A stretch of DNA of 61,356 nt from Chloroflexota bacterium (lineage in GTDB: Bacteria > Chloroflexota > Chloroflexia > QHBQ01), in assembly GCA_043754535.1 (NCBI GenBank), contig JAYUUN010000010.1:1-61356 (forward strand), given 5' to 3'. This document shows positions 1-7,803 of this stretch, one piece after another; within the stretch, counting starts at the first letter, position 1; each line of letters opens with the position of its first letter. Both the position numbers and the translations under genes were made by a program. Under the pieces are notes generated by a model, which worked only from the letters and a program-made list of their open reading frames with translations, did no database searches and was not told the DNA's origin.

Positions 1-1713
1 GTGATCAAGCAGACGAAGGCCCAGTTTGTTTACTCTGCTGATAGTGTCTCCAATCAGGGCTACTTGCTCGGCTACTTCGAGATCGTGGCGAATGACCACA
101 CTCTGGCTGATCGGTTCCCTGGCCTGCTAGAGCAGGTGACACCAGCGGATGTGCAGCGCGTGGCTGGGCAATACCTGAAGAAGAGTAACCGCACTGTCGG
201 CCACTTTACCCCCCGCCCGATGACCGACGAAGATCACCGCAAGATGGCAGTGGCCCAGGCAGCGGCAGCGGGGGGTCACGGTCACTTCTACACCCCGATC
301 AGCGACCTGGTAGCGACCGATAGGCTGGCTTTCTACCATCAACCCACAGCCGCGAGCTTGTTCCTGGCTAAAGACCCTCAGGAACTTGTGTTCCTAAACC
401 CACAGGCGGCAACCGCGCAGGAACAGGCGTTGGCGCGATTGGATGATGACAAGATCGTGCGTAAGGTGTTGCCAAATGGCATTACCGCTTTGATCTACAC
501 CAAGAAGGACAACCCTTCGGTTATCGTGCGGGCGGCTCTGCGTGCTGGCTCAATCTACGAAACCCCAGAGCAGGCTGGGCTGGCGGGCTTCACCTCTTCA
601 ATCCTGCGGCGGGGGACGGAGCAATATGGCTTTAGCGAACTGAACGAACTAACCGACGAGCTAGCCTTTAGTGTGGAGAGCGGTAGTAGCCGTCACCTTG
701 CTAGTGTCGGGGGCCGCAGTCTGCGTGAAGACTTCGGCACACTGGTAGAGGTGATAGGCGAGATGTTGCAGCACGCTACCTTTCCTGAGCAGGAGATCGA
801 GAAGGTACGAGGCAACGTACTGACTGGCCTTAAGGAGCGCGAGAACGACACTCGGGGCGTGGCTGAGCGCAAGTTCCACGAACTAGCCTACCCTGAGGGC
901 CACCCCTACCACTACTCTAGCTCTGGCTATATCGAGACAATCGAGAAGATTAGTCGCGAAGATATGGTGGCCTTCTACAAGAGATACTATCGGCCCGACA
1001 CCACTACCATCGTAATCGTCGGTGACATTGAGGCTGCTGACGCACTAGCGAAGTTGCAGGCCGAGCTTGGTGGCTGGCAGCCAGAGCCTGGCGCAGGCGA
1101 GGCACCCATCATTGAAGTGGCTGCGGTAAGTAAGCCAGAGGGTATCAGGCGGGAGGTGAGCGAGGTGCCGGGCAAGACACAGGCCGACATCGTTCTCGGC
1201 TTTCCTAGCTTGCCACGCAAGCACCCCGACTACGAGGCGTTGATGATGGGCAACTACATCCTCGGCCAGCTTGGTCTCTACGGTCGCCTCGGTCAGAATG
1301 TACGTGACAAGCAGGGACTGGCCTACTACTGCTACAGCAGTCTTGAGGGCGGCTTCGGCAATGGCTCGTGGGCCATCCGCGCAGGTGTAAACCCAGCCAA
1401 CATCGACAAGGCAATTGCGGGTATGTTGGAGGAGACGAACCGCATCCTAACCGATGCTCCTATTGAAGCAGAGGAGTTGGAGGAGACCAAGAGCTTCCTC
1501 ACTGGTACCCTACCCCTGCGGCTGGAGACCAGCAGTGGGATCGCAGCCCAATTGATGGACATCGAACTCTATGAACTGGGTAGCGACTACGTACAACGGC
1601 ACCTTCAGAAGGTACAGGCTATGACCGCTGAGGAGATCATGGCCGCCTTGCACAAGCACATCAATCTCGACAGCTATGTACTCGCCATTGCTGGTACGCT
1701 AGCCAACGAATAG
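1..1713 (+). CDS. M16 (pitrilysin-family) zinc peptidase, 5'-truncated; end of first half fused to a non-catalytic second half
   Basis: M16-type motifs VRKVLPNG, GSIYETPEQAGLA, FYKRYYRPD, GRLGQNVRDKQGLAY; no HxxEH in the visible half; ORF runs off the window start. Confidence 0.85.
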   Translation: MIKQTKAQFVYSADSVSNQGYLLGYFEIVANDHTLADRFPGLLEQVTPADVQRVAGQYLKKSNRTVGHFTPRPMTDEDHRKMAVAQAAAAGGHGHFYTPISDLVATDRLAFYHQPTAASLFLAKDPQELVFLNPQAATAQEQALARLDDDKIVRKVLPNGITALIYTKKDNPSVIVRAALRAGSIYETPEQAGLAGFTSSILRRGTEQYGFSELNELTDELAFSVESGSSRHLASVGGRSLREDFGTLVEVIGEMLQHATFPEQEIEKVRGNVLTGLKERENDTRGVAERKFHELAYPEGHPYHYSSSGYIETIEKISREDMVAFYKRYYRPDTTTIVIVGDIEAADALAKLQAELGGWQPEPGAGEAPIIEVAAVSKPEGIRREVSEVPGKTQADIVLGFPSLPRKHPDYEALMMGNYILGQLGLYGRLGQNVRDKQGLAYYCYSSLEGGFGNGSWAIRAGVNPANIDKAIAGMLEETNRILTDAPIEAEELEETKSFLTGTLPLRLETSSGIAAQLMDIELYELGSDYVQRHLQKVQAMTAEEIMAALHKHINLDSYVLAIAGTLANE

Positions 1714-1726
1714 CAAACAGCGCAGC

Positions 1727-1763
1727 AAGAGGGTGGATCAGATGAACGCTGATCCACCCTCTT
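1727..1763. terminator. Intrinsic terminator-like hairpin after the M16 gene
   Basis: Perfect 15-bp inverted repeat AAGAGGGTGGATCAG / CTGATCCACCCTCTT with a 7-nt loop. Confidence 0.75.
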
Positions 1764-1767
1764 TGCG

Positions 1768-1787
1768 TTAGGAACTTATGCTCCTAA
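1768..1787. repeat. 20-bp imperfect palindrome, copy 1 (candidate parS-like site)
   Basis: TTAGGAACTTATGCTCCTAA; near-identical copies at 1815-1834 and 7639-7658. Confidence 0.6.
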
Positions 1788-1814
1788 ACTACATAGCACT
1801 GCGCCAACCAACCT

Positions 1815-1834
1815 TTAGGAACTCATGCTCCTAA
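1815..1834. repeat. 20-bp imperfect palindrome, copy 2 (candidate parS-like site)
   Basis: TTAGGAACTCATGCTCCTAA. Confidence 0.6.
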
Positions 1835-1945
1835 ACCCTGTGCAGCGCACCCACAGCGGCGATCCGCCCTCTTACTAGCACACCAACAGACTCACACGCC
1901 GAGAGCGCATCCACGTGCGCCCCCAATCAGCATATTCGTCTGTGC

Positions 1946-2341
1946 TTACAGTTCCGTCTGCACTGGCCGCAGCTTCCCCTGCTTGTAGGCCGTCTGCAGC
2001 TCTAGCAGGTCGCGTAGCTTGTCGCGCAGGCGGCGGCTGAACTCCTCCTCATCATACAGTCGCTCCAGCAGCAGCTTGCCGAAGTCAGGGTCGTTCAGCA
2101 GTTCCAACATCATCTCGCCACACACGCGCAGGTAGGTTGAGCGATTGACCTTCAATCCATCGTATGCCCGCGTCTTGCTGTTCAGCTTCGCTAGCTGCTC
2201 ATCCAGTGGGATTAGCTGATAGGGGTAGTAGTAAACTGCCACCTGCTTTAGCCGTCCGGCCCCGTTGCGCGCCCGTTGCTCGGCCATATCGTCCTCCACC
2301 TCGCGGCGGCTGCGCGGTGGGTTGTCAAAGTCGAAATCCAT
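1946..2341 (-). CDS. Small hypothetical protein, possible ribbon-helix-helix DNA-binding protein
   Basis: 131-aa ORF with RBS (GAGGAGAG); strand-helix-helix pattern QVAVYY-PYQLIPLDEQLAKL-NRSTYLRVCGEMMLE. Confidence 0.55.
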   Translation of the reverse strand: MDFDFDNPPRSRREVEDDMAEQRARNGAGRLKQVAVYYYPYQLIPLDEQLAKLNSKTRAYDGLKVNRSTYLRVCGEMMLELLNDPDFGKLLLERLYDEEEFSRRLRDKLRDLLELQTAYKQGKLRPVQTEL

Positions 2342-2397
2342 CTCACTCTCCTCTTGCTAACCCCACCTTTGCTCAGCGTGGGGCTAATGGCTAGCGG

Positions 2398-3264
2398 CTA
2401 CGCCCGACCTTTGTACTCCTGCATCATCGTACCCACCACGTGTTCTACGATGTCAGTGTCAACTTTCCGCTTGTTGAAGCGCGGAGCTACGTCGAAGCAG
2501 AGTGAGCAGATGTTGACGATGCTGCGCGGCACCCCTTCTGACTGCTTAAAAATCATCGCTATCGCGTCGTCGGTGAACAGCTCTATACCTGGCGGCAAGC
2601 CTGCTACCTTCAGCCGGTGGTAGATCAAGTCCTTCACCTGCGCCGCGCTCATAAATGGCTCAAGGTTGTTGGTGAAGCGTACTCGACTGCCAAGATTACG
2701 CTTCTTCGCCACCTTCTCTTGCAGCTCAAGCTGGCCGAACATCACAATTTGCAAGATGCGGTGGTCGTCAAGCGAGTAGTTGAGAAAGATACGTAGTCGC
2801 TCTAGCGCGTCGTAGGTCAGGCACTGAGCCTCGTCAACCAGCAGCAGCGGCACCTTCCCCTCACGGGCTGTCTTTTGCAGAAAGATGATGAACTCGTTAG
2901 ACAGCTCGCTGCGGGTGCTGGCGACAGGCCGCTGACCAAAGGCACGCAGCATCTCGCGGGTAAACTCCGCGTCGGTCGGCTGCGAAGGGTCAAGTACCTC
3001 ACCTACCAGGAAGCTGCTGAACAGGTCGTTGCCCACGATCCGCTTACGCAGCAGCCCCAGTAGGCTACTCTTGCCCAGCCCAATGTCACCGTAGATGATC
3101 GCCAAACCGCGCTTCATCGCGATGTGGCTAGTCAGCATCTCGTAAGCCTCTTTGTACTGGTAGCCCAGATAGAAGAAACGTGCGCTATCCTCTGGGTTGA
3201 AAGGGTCTTCCTTCAGCGCGGGGTGGAAGTAGGCCATCGCCAACTTCTGGTACTGACTAACCAT
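2398..3264 (-). CDS. ExeA/GspA/MshM-like AAA ATPase, stand-alone
   Basis: LKEDPF..ARFFY N-terminus, Walker A GDIGLGKS, Walker B LLLVDEAQ, IVMFGQLEL, SEGVPRSIVNIC. Confidence 0.85.
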   Translation of the reverse strand: MVSQYQKLAMAYFHPALKEDPFNPEDSARFFYLGYQYKEAYEMLTSHIAMKRGLAIIYGDIGLGKSSLLGLLRKRIVGNDLFSSFLVGEVLDPSQPTDAEFTREMLRAFGQRPVASTRSELSNEFIIFLQKTAREGKVPLLLVDEAQCLTYDALERLRIFLNYSLDDHRILQIVMFGQLELQEKVAKKRNLGSRVRFTNNLEPFMSAAQVKDLIYHRLKVAGLPPGIELFTDDAIAMIFKQSEGVPRSIVNICSLCFDVAPRFNKRKVDTDIVEHVVGTMMQEYKGRA

Positions 3265-3294
3265 TGTTGTCTCCTGTCGCAGCCATCATTCTAC

Positions 3295-3338
3295 CTTACA
3301 GCAATGTCAATCTTACAGCAATGTCAATCTTACAGCAA
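3295..3338. repeat. 17-bp tandem direct repeat (about 2.6 copies)
   Basis: CTTACAGCAATGTCAAT x2 followed by CTTACAGCAA. Confidence 0.9.
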
Positions 3339-3355
3339 AACCCCAATGCTGTCAA
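3327..3355 (-). promoter_or_regulatory. Sigma70-type promoter for the AAA ATPase/RHH pair
   Basis: Minus strand TTGACA (3355-3350), 17 bp, TAAGAT (3332-3327). Confidence 0.55.
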
Positions 3356-3433
3356 TAGGCTGAAGCCGTGATGTTGCCCGTGCTAACGTACTAATATGCC
3401 AGCATCATGGGGTGCAGTCAGAGTAGCACCGAT

Positions 3434-3461
3434 TTGACAGCATTTTAGTTTCGGGTATAAT
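3434..3461 (+). promoter_or_regulatory. Sigma70-type promoter for the HTH-parA-parB operon
   Basis: TTGACA, 16 bp, TATAAT (both hexamers consensus). Confidence 0.75.
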
Positions 3462-3539
3462 AAGCGATAGGCAACCTTAGAATAGCTTCTTCGGCACAGA
3501 CTACTGCGCCAGCACCAAAATGTGAGGTCGGTTTAAGCA

Positions 3540-3893
3540 ATGGCAAGTTCTATCGGATACAGCAGCGGTGAGGCTTTGGGGGTGTTGGCCGACCGTGGCT
3601 ACATCACCACCCCCCGTGTGATCCGCAACATTGAGGACAAGCTAGCTCTGCCCATCCGCCGTGATGCCCAGCATCAGCGCGTCTACACCGAGGTGGACAT
3701 CGAGCAACTAGCCAACGTGATTGCCCTCCAAGAGGCTGGCCTCAGCCTGCCTACCATCTACCGCGTGTTGATCGAGCGCGATATTGACGTGCTGACCTTC
3801 CAGAGCCAACGGCTGGATCACGCCATGAGCATCCTCCAGAGCTTGAAGCAGACCGCCAGCAACGCCCAGGCCGTTGGCGCAGAGAGGCAGTAG
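3540..3893 (+). CDS. MerR-type HTH protein (RacA/BldC-like)
   Basis: PRVIRNIEDKLALPIRRDAQHQRVYTEVDIEQL..QEAGLSLPTI fits the MerR winged-HTH pattern; short helical C-terminus. Confidence 0.7.
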   Translation: MASSIGYSSGEALGVLADRGYITTPRVIRNIEDKLALPIRRDAQHQRVYTEVDIEQLANVIALQEAGLSLPTIYRVLIERDIDVLTFQSQRLDHAMSILQSLKQTASNAQAVGAERQ

Positions 3894-3898
3894 CGTCT

Positions 3899-4810
3899 AT
3901 GTATCTCTCTATGAACACCCGCCAGCGCGTGGAGGAAGCCAGCCACAAGGCTGCCCCTCAGCGCAAGCAACAGAAAGCCGCGCCGAAGGGGCTTGCTACC
4001 GAACCCAAGATGCAACCGCTTGAGGATGAGCAGGCCGACCACTGCCGTGTGATCGCCATCGCTAACCAGAAGGGTGGCGTAGGTAAGACCACTACCACCG
4101 TCAACCTCGGTGCCGAACTTGCCGTCCTCGGTCGCCGCGTCCTCGTCATCGACCTCGATCCCCAGGCCGCCGCCACCTACTCGCTCGGTGCCGACCCAGA
4201 GACGTTGGACAACACGATCTACAGCGTGCTGGTCAAGAAAAGCGTCAAGCTAAACGACATCTTGCTGCCCACCGCCATCGAGGGGCTGCTACTCGCCCCT
4301 GCCAACCTCGACCTTGCCGCCGCCGAGATGGAGTTGATGCAGAACTACACCCGCGAACGCATCCTCCGCGATGCAATCGCCCCCTTCCGCAACCAGTTCG
4401 ACTACATCCTGATCGACTGCCCGCCCACCCTGACCCTGCTCACGATCAACGCCTTCGTCGCCAGCACCGAGGTACTGATCCCCTTGCAGACCCATCTGCT
4501 CAGTATCCGTGGGGTCAGCAAGCTGTTGGAGACGATCAAGGAAGTGACCCCGCTCAACCCCGGTCTGCGCGTTGCCGGTATCCTGCCCACCATGTACGAT
4601 GGCCGCAGCAACCTCAACCGCGAGATACTTGCCACCATCAGCGAAGTCTACCCTGGTCGCGTCTTCAAGAGCGTGATCCGCTACGGCGTGGCCGCTGCCG
4701 AAGCCCCAGGCCAGGGCGTGCCAGTACGCCTCTACGCCCGCAGTTCGCCCGTCGCCCAGTGCTACGAGAGCCTTGCGAAGGAGGTTGTCGCTGATGAGTA
4801 CACCCAGTAA
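3899..4810 (+). CDS. parA: ParA/Soj-family partition ATPase
   Basis: Deviant Walker A NQKGGVGKTTT, IDLDPQ, DYILIDCPP; start may be ATG 3911. Confidence 0.95.
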   Translation: MYLSMNTRQRVEEASHKAAPQRKQQKAAPKGLATEPKMQPLEDEQADHCRVIAIANQKGGVGKTTTTVNLGAELAVLGRRVLVIDLDPQAAATYSLGADPETLDNTIYSVLVKKSVKLNDILLPTAIEGLLLAPANLDLAAAEMELMQNYTRERILRDAIAPFRNQFDYILIDCPPTLTLLTINAFVASTEVLIPLQTHLLSIRGVSKLLETIKEVTPLNPGLRVAGILPTMYDGRSNLNREILATISEVYPGRVFKSVIRYGVAAAEAPGQGVPVRLYARSSPVAQCYESLAKEVVADEYTQ

Positions 4811-5774
4811 GAAGCGCAGCCTTGTTCCCAACAATATCGTGCAACGGCTGGTAGACGCTACCCCAGAGGAGGGTTCGCAGCCACTAGCCAACGCCCGCCT
4901 GCTGGACATGAAGCTGATCGACAACGACCCCAACCAGCCACGCAAAGTCTTTGAGGTTGAGCCATTCCGTGAACTGGTCAACTCCCTCGCCCTGCGCGGT
5001 CTTTTGCAACCGATTACCGTGCAGCGGCAAAAGAGCGGTCGCTATCGGGTGATCACCGGCGAACGTCGCTGGCGGGCCGCTGTCGAACTTGGCTGGATGC
5101 AAATCCCCGCCCTCGTCGTCGATACCAACAAAGACGAGATGGACATCAAGCTGGATCGCATCGAGGAGAACCGCCAGCGCACTGGCCTCAAAGACTACGA
5201 AATGGCCCTCGCTCTGCAAGAGATCAAGCGCGACCTGCGTGAGGTCAACCCCGACGTGAACAGCAACGAGCTTGACGACATGGTGGGTGAGAAGCTGACC
5301 ATCAGCGGGCGCACAGTGCGTAACTATCTAGCCATGCTCAAGCTACCCGACGAGGTGCGTGCCGAACTGGGCCAGGACTTCAGCGAACTGCGCGCTCGCG
5401 GCCTCAGCCTGCTCAAGAACCAGCCCGACCTCATGTTTGACCTGGTGCAGGCCGTCAATCGCCACAACCTCAGCGGCAACCAGACCGTGCAGGCCGCCCG
5501 CTTGCTCGACCGCGACGCGACCCTCACTGTCACCGAAGCGGTAGCTCGCGTCCGCAAGGGCGAGAGCGTGGAGAACTCAGTCACCCCGAAGGTCAAGAGT
5601 GCCAGGCGAGCTAGTACCCGCTTCCGTCAGTTCGCCACGGACCTCAACAACATAGGCCGCGCTCTTGAAGGCGGCCAGGTAATCCCCACCAGTGCCGAGG
5701 AACGCGACGACCTCCGCCGCCTGCTCATCCCTATCGTCGAGTTCTACCAGCGGTTGGAGAAGGAGGGCAAGTGA
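4794..5774 (+). CDS. parB: ParB/Spo0J-family partition protein
   Basis: NQPRKVF, GLLQPITV, ITGERRWRA CTP-binding motif, EENRQR, central HTH; RBS AAGGAGG before ATG 4794; overlaps the parA end. Confidence 0.92.
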   Translation: MSTPSKKRSLVPNNIVQRLVDATPEEGSQPLANARLLDMKLIDNDPNQPRKVFEVEPFRELVNSLALRGLLQPITVQRQKSGRYRVITGERRWRAAVELGWMQIPALVVDTNKDEMDIKLDRIEENRQRTGLKDYEMALALQEIKRDLREVNPDVNSNELDDMVGEKLTISGRTVRNYLAMLKLPDEVRAELGQDFSELRARGLSLLKNQPDLMFDLVQAVNRHNLSGNQTVQAARLLDRDATLTVTEAVARVRKGESVENSVTPKVKSARRASTRFRQFATDLNNIGRALEGGQVIPTSAEERDDLRRLLIPIVEFYQRLEKEGK

Positions 5775-6256
5775 TGGCCGAGGCAGAACGCAAGGTCAAG
5801 CCTAAAAGGTGGAGCAAAGCTGTGGTCAAGCTGCTGGACGGCAGCAACCGCTTGCTCTACAAGCTAACTGGCGGTAAGCTTGGCAACAGCATTGGTGGGA
5901 TGCCCGTCCTGATGCTCACTACTATTGGTCGCAGGTCGGGTGCGACCCACACGCACGCCCTCATCTTCCTGCGCGACGGCCAGGATTACGTAGTAATCGC
6001 CTCTAACGGCGGTAGCACCAGGCACCCAGGCTGGTACTTCAACGTCCAGGACAGACCCCACGTGGAGATCGAGTATAAGGGCAAGAAGGAGTCTCGCCAT
6101 GCGCACATCGCTAGCCTGGACGAGCGCACCCGCCTCTGGACTCGCGTCCTCAAGATGTGGAGCGGCTACGCAAGCTACGAGGCCGCCACCCTCAACATCC
6201 GCGAAATCCCGCTCGTCATCCTTGCCCCAGAGGAGGTAACTAGCAGTGGCAACTAG
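5774..6256 (+). CDS. Deazaflavin (F420)-dependent nitroreductase-family (DDN) oxidoreductase
   Basis: LMLTTIGRRSG, VIASNGG...HPGWYFN, REIPLVIL. Confidence 0.88.
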   Translation: MAEAERKVKPKRWSKAVVKLLDGSNRLLYKLTGGKLGNSIGGMPVLMLTTIGRRSGATHTHALIFLRDGQDYVVIASNGGSTRHPGWYFNVQDRPHVEIEYKGKKESRHAHIASLDERTRLWTRVLKMWSGYASYEAATLNIREIPLVILAPEEVTSSGN

Positions 6257-6707
6257 CCAGACGCAACCGAAACCCGTCAATCGGCTGCTAGGCAAGCTGG
6301 TGGACAGCATCCATCGGCTCGTCTGGCGAGTTAGCGGCGGCAGCGTGGGCAGCAAGCTGGGCAAGTACCCGATCCTGCTACTCACCACCACTGGGCGCAA
6401 GTCGGGCCAGCCCCGCACCCACACGCTTGCCTACTTCCGCGACAGCGACCGCCTGCTAGTAATCGCCTCCAATGGCGGTCAGCCCCAGCAGCCCGGCTGG
6501 TACCTCAACCTGCTAGCCAACCCCCAGGTGACGGTAGAAATGCAGGGTGGCAAACGCACAATGCTTGCCCATACTGCCGATGTAGCAGCACGCGCCCGCC
6601 TCTGGCCCCAGATCGTCGCCACCGCGCCACAGTACGCGGGCTACCAGGCCGCCACCGCTGGCATCCGTCACATCCCGATCATCATCCTTGTAGCGGAGGA
6701 GAGCTGA
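6246..6707 (+). CDS. Deazaflavin (F420)-dependent nitroreductase-family (DDN) oxidoreductase, paralog
   Basis: LLLTTTGRKSGQPR, VIASNGG...PGWYLNLLANP, RHIPIIIL. Confidence 0.88.
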   Translation: MATSQTQPKPVNRLLGKLVDSIHRLVWRVSGGSVGSKLGKYPILLLTTTGRKSGQPRTHTLAYFRDSDRLLVIASNGGQPQQPGWYLNLLANPQVTVEMQGGKRTMLAHTADVAARARLWPQIVATAPQYAGYQAATAGIRHIPIIILVAEES

Positions 6708-7213
6708 TGAAACTGGTGCTGCCTACAGCCGAATACAAGGCCAGCCTGCTAGCCGCCGCCGCTGAACACGAGGCTGCTGGTGAAACCCTGGACTACACCA
6801 TGCTGCCCACCTTCGATGACTTCGATGCGGGGCTACTTCGCCTGCAAGACCATGCTGCTGGTCGCAACCTTGAGCCAGGCTGGGTGGCCGACACCACCTA
6901 CTGGCTAGTAGACGACGGCGAGTACATTGGGCGCATCTCTGTACGCCATCAGTTGAATGATAGACTACGGCAGGTCGGCGGCCACATTGGCTACAACATC
7001 CGCCCCAGCAAGCGCAGGCAAGGCTATGGCGGCCACATCCTGCGCCTCGTCCTGCCAGAGGCCAAGCAGCTAGGCATCAACCCCACGCTAGTCACTTGCA
7101 ACGACGACAACATCGCCTCGTGGAAGATAATCGAGGCCAACGGCGGCAAGCTAGAGAACAAGATAGAGCTAGACGGTAGGCTAATCCGCCACTACTGGGT
7201 GGAGACCGCATGA
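6707..7213 (+). CDS. GNAT-family N-acetyltransferase
   Basis: GGHIGYNIRPSKRRQGYG, TCNDDNIASWKIIEANGG. Confidence 0.85.
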   Translation: MKLVLPTAEYKASLLAAAAEHEAAGETLDYTMLPTFDDFDAGLLRLQDHAAGRNLEPGWVADTTYWLVDDGEYIGRISVRHQLNDRLRQVGGHIGYNIRPSKRRQGYGGHILRLVLPEAKQLGINPTLVTCNDDNIASWKIIEANGGKLENKIELDGRLIRHYWVETA

Positions 7214-7377
7214 GCGACCGACCAGCAGCCGACCAGGTGGAGGCCATGCCACCGGGAGGCCGCTGAGAGGGCGCAGGCGGGACGTAGAGGCGTTAGCATG
7301 GGGAGTGGAACAAACCCCACACACCCCACATCCATCACCACATACATGAGGGGGGCAGGTAATGACCTGATGCAAGG

Positions 7378-7418
7378 CAAAAAGAAACGAGAGTACAGGG
7401 GCCATCCGTACTCTCGTC
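7378..7418 (-). terminator. Intrinsic terminator (minus strand)
   Basis: Stem ACGAGAGTAC/GTACTCTCGT followed on the minus strand by TTCTTTTT. Confidence 0.7.
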
Positions 7419-7550
7419 TAGGCTGATTAAACTGTCGAAGCCACTATCCCAGGCTATGAGAGGGCAGAGGATAAGTGGACTTGCTTACCTTTACGATATT
7501 GCTACCGGCAAGGTGGAGGCACCCGTTTGCCTTTCAGAACCTCACTTATG
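7378..7550 (-). ncRNA. Candidate ~170-nt structured non-coding RNA upstream of, and opposite in direction to, the putative initiator gene
   Basis: Minus-strand promoter (7556-7584), several hairpins, U-tailed terminator at about 7378-7418, no long ORF. Confidence 0.45.
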
Positions 7551-7555
7551 TCTAT

Positions 7556-7584
7556 ATGATACAGCAGGTGGGCGTGTTTGTCAA
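7556..7584 (-). promoter_or_regulatory. Sigma70-type promoter of the candidate ncRNA
   Basis: Minus strand TTGACA (7584-7579), 17 bp, TATCAT (7561-7556). Confidence 0.6.
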
Positions 7585-7638
7585 GTACCCTGCCGGGGCC
7601 AACTTTGCATAATGTGCGGATTCACCGCCTTTTTCGGC

Positions 7639-7658
7639 TTAGGAACTCAAGCTCCTAA
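7639..7658. repeat. 20-bp imperfect palindrome, copy 3 (candidate parS-like site)
   Basis: TTAGGAACTCAAGCTCCTAA. Confidence 0.6.
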
Positions 7659-7721
7659 GCGACAAGTGGGCAGAAACGACAGGTTTCCTGCTACAAAAGC
7701 TGGATAACCTGGCACAAAGTC

Positions 7722-7750
7722 TTGACGGCGAACAGGAGTTCTGCTATAAT
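7722..7750 (+). promoter_or_regulatory. Promoter of the putative initiator with a LexA-type box (GAAC-N4-GTTC) in the spacer
   Basis: TTGACG, 17 bp, TGC-TATAAT; CGAACAGGAGTTCT at 7729-7742. Confidence 0.65.
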
Positions 7751-7803
7751 GCGAATCAGCAGCACACTTGAACGTTTGCAAGGCAGAAAAAGCGAGGCAG
7801 AAT

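Noticed and set aside
1768..1835. Two palindromic repeats as a mini CRISPR array
   Set aside because: Only two adjacent 20-bp copies, no cas genes in the window, and a third copy lies 5.8 kb away.
7314..7710. CCACA repeats and CTGGATAAC as DnaA boxes
   Set aside because: None matches TTWTNCACA with one mismatch or fewer; too weak to call.
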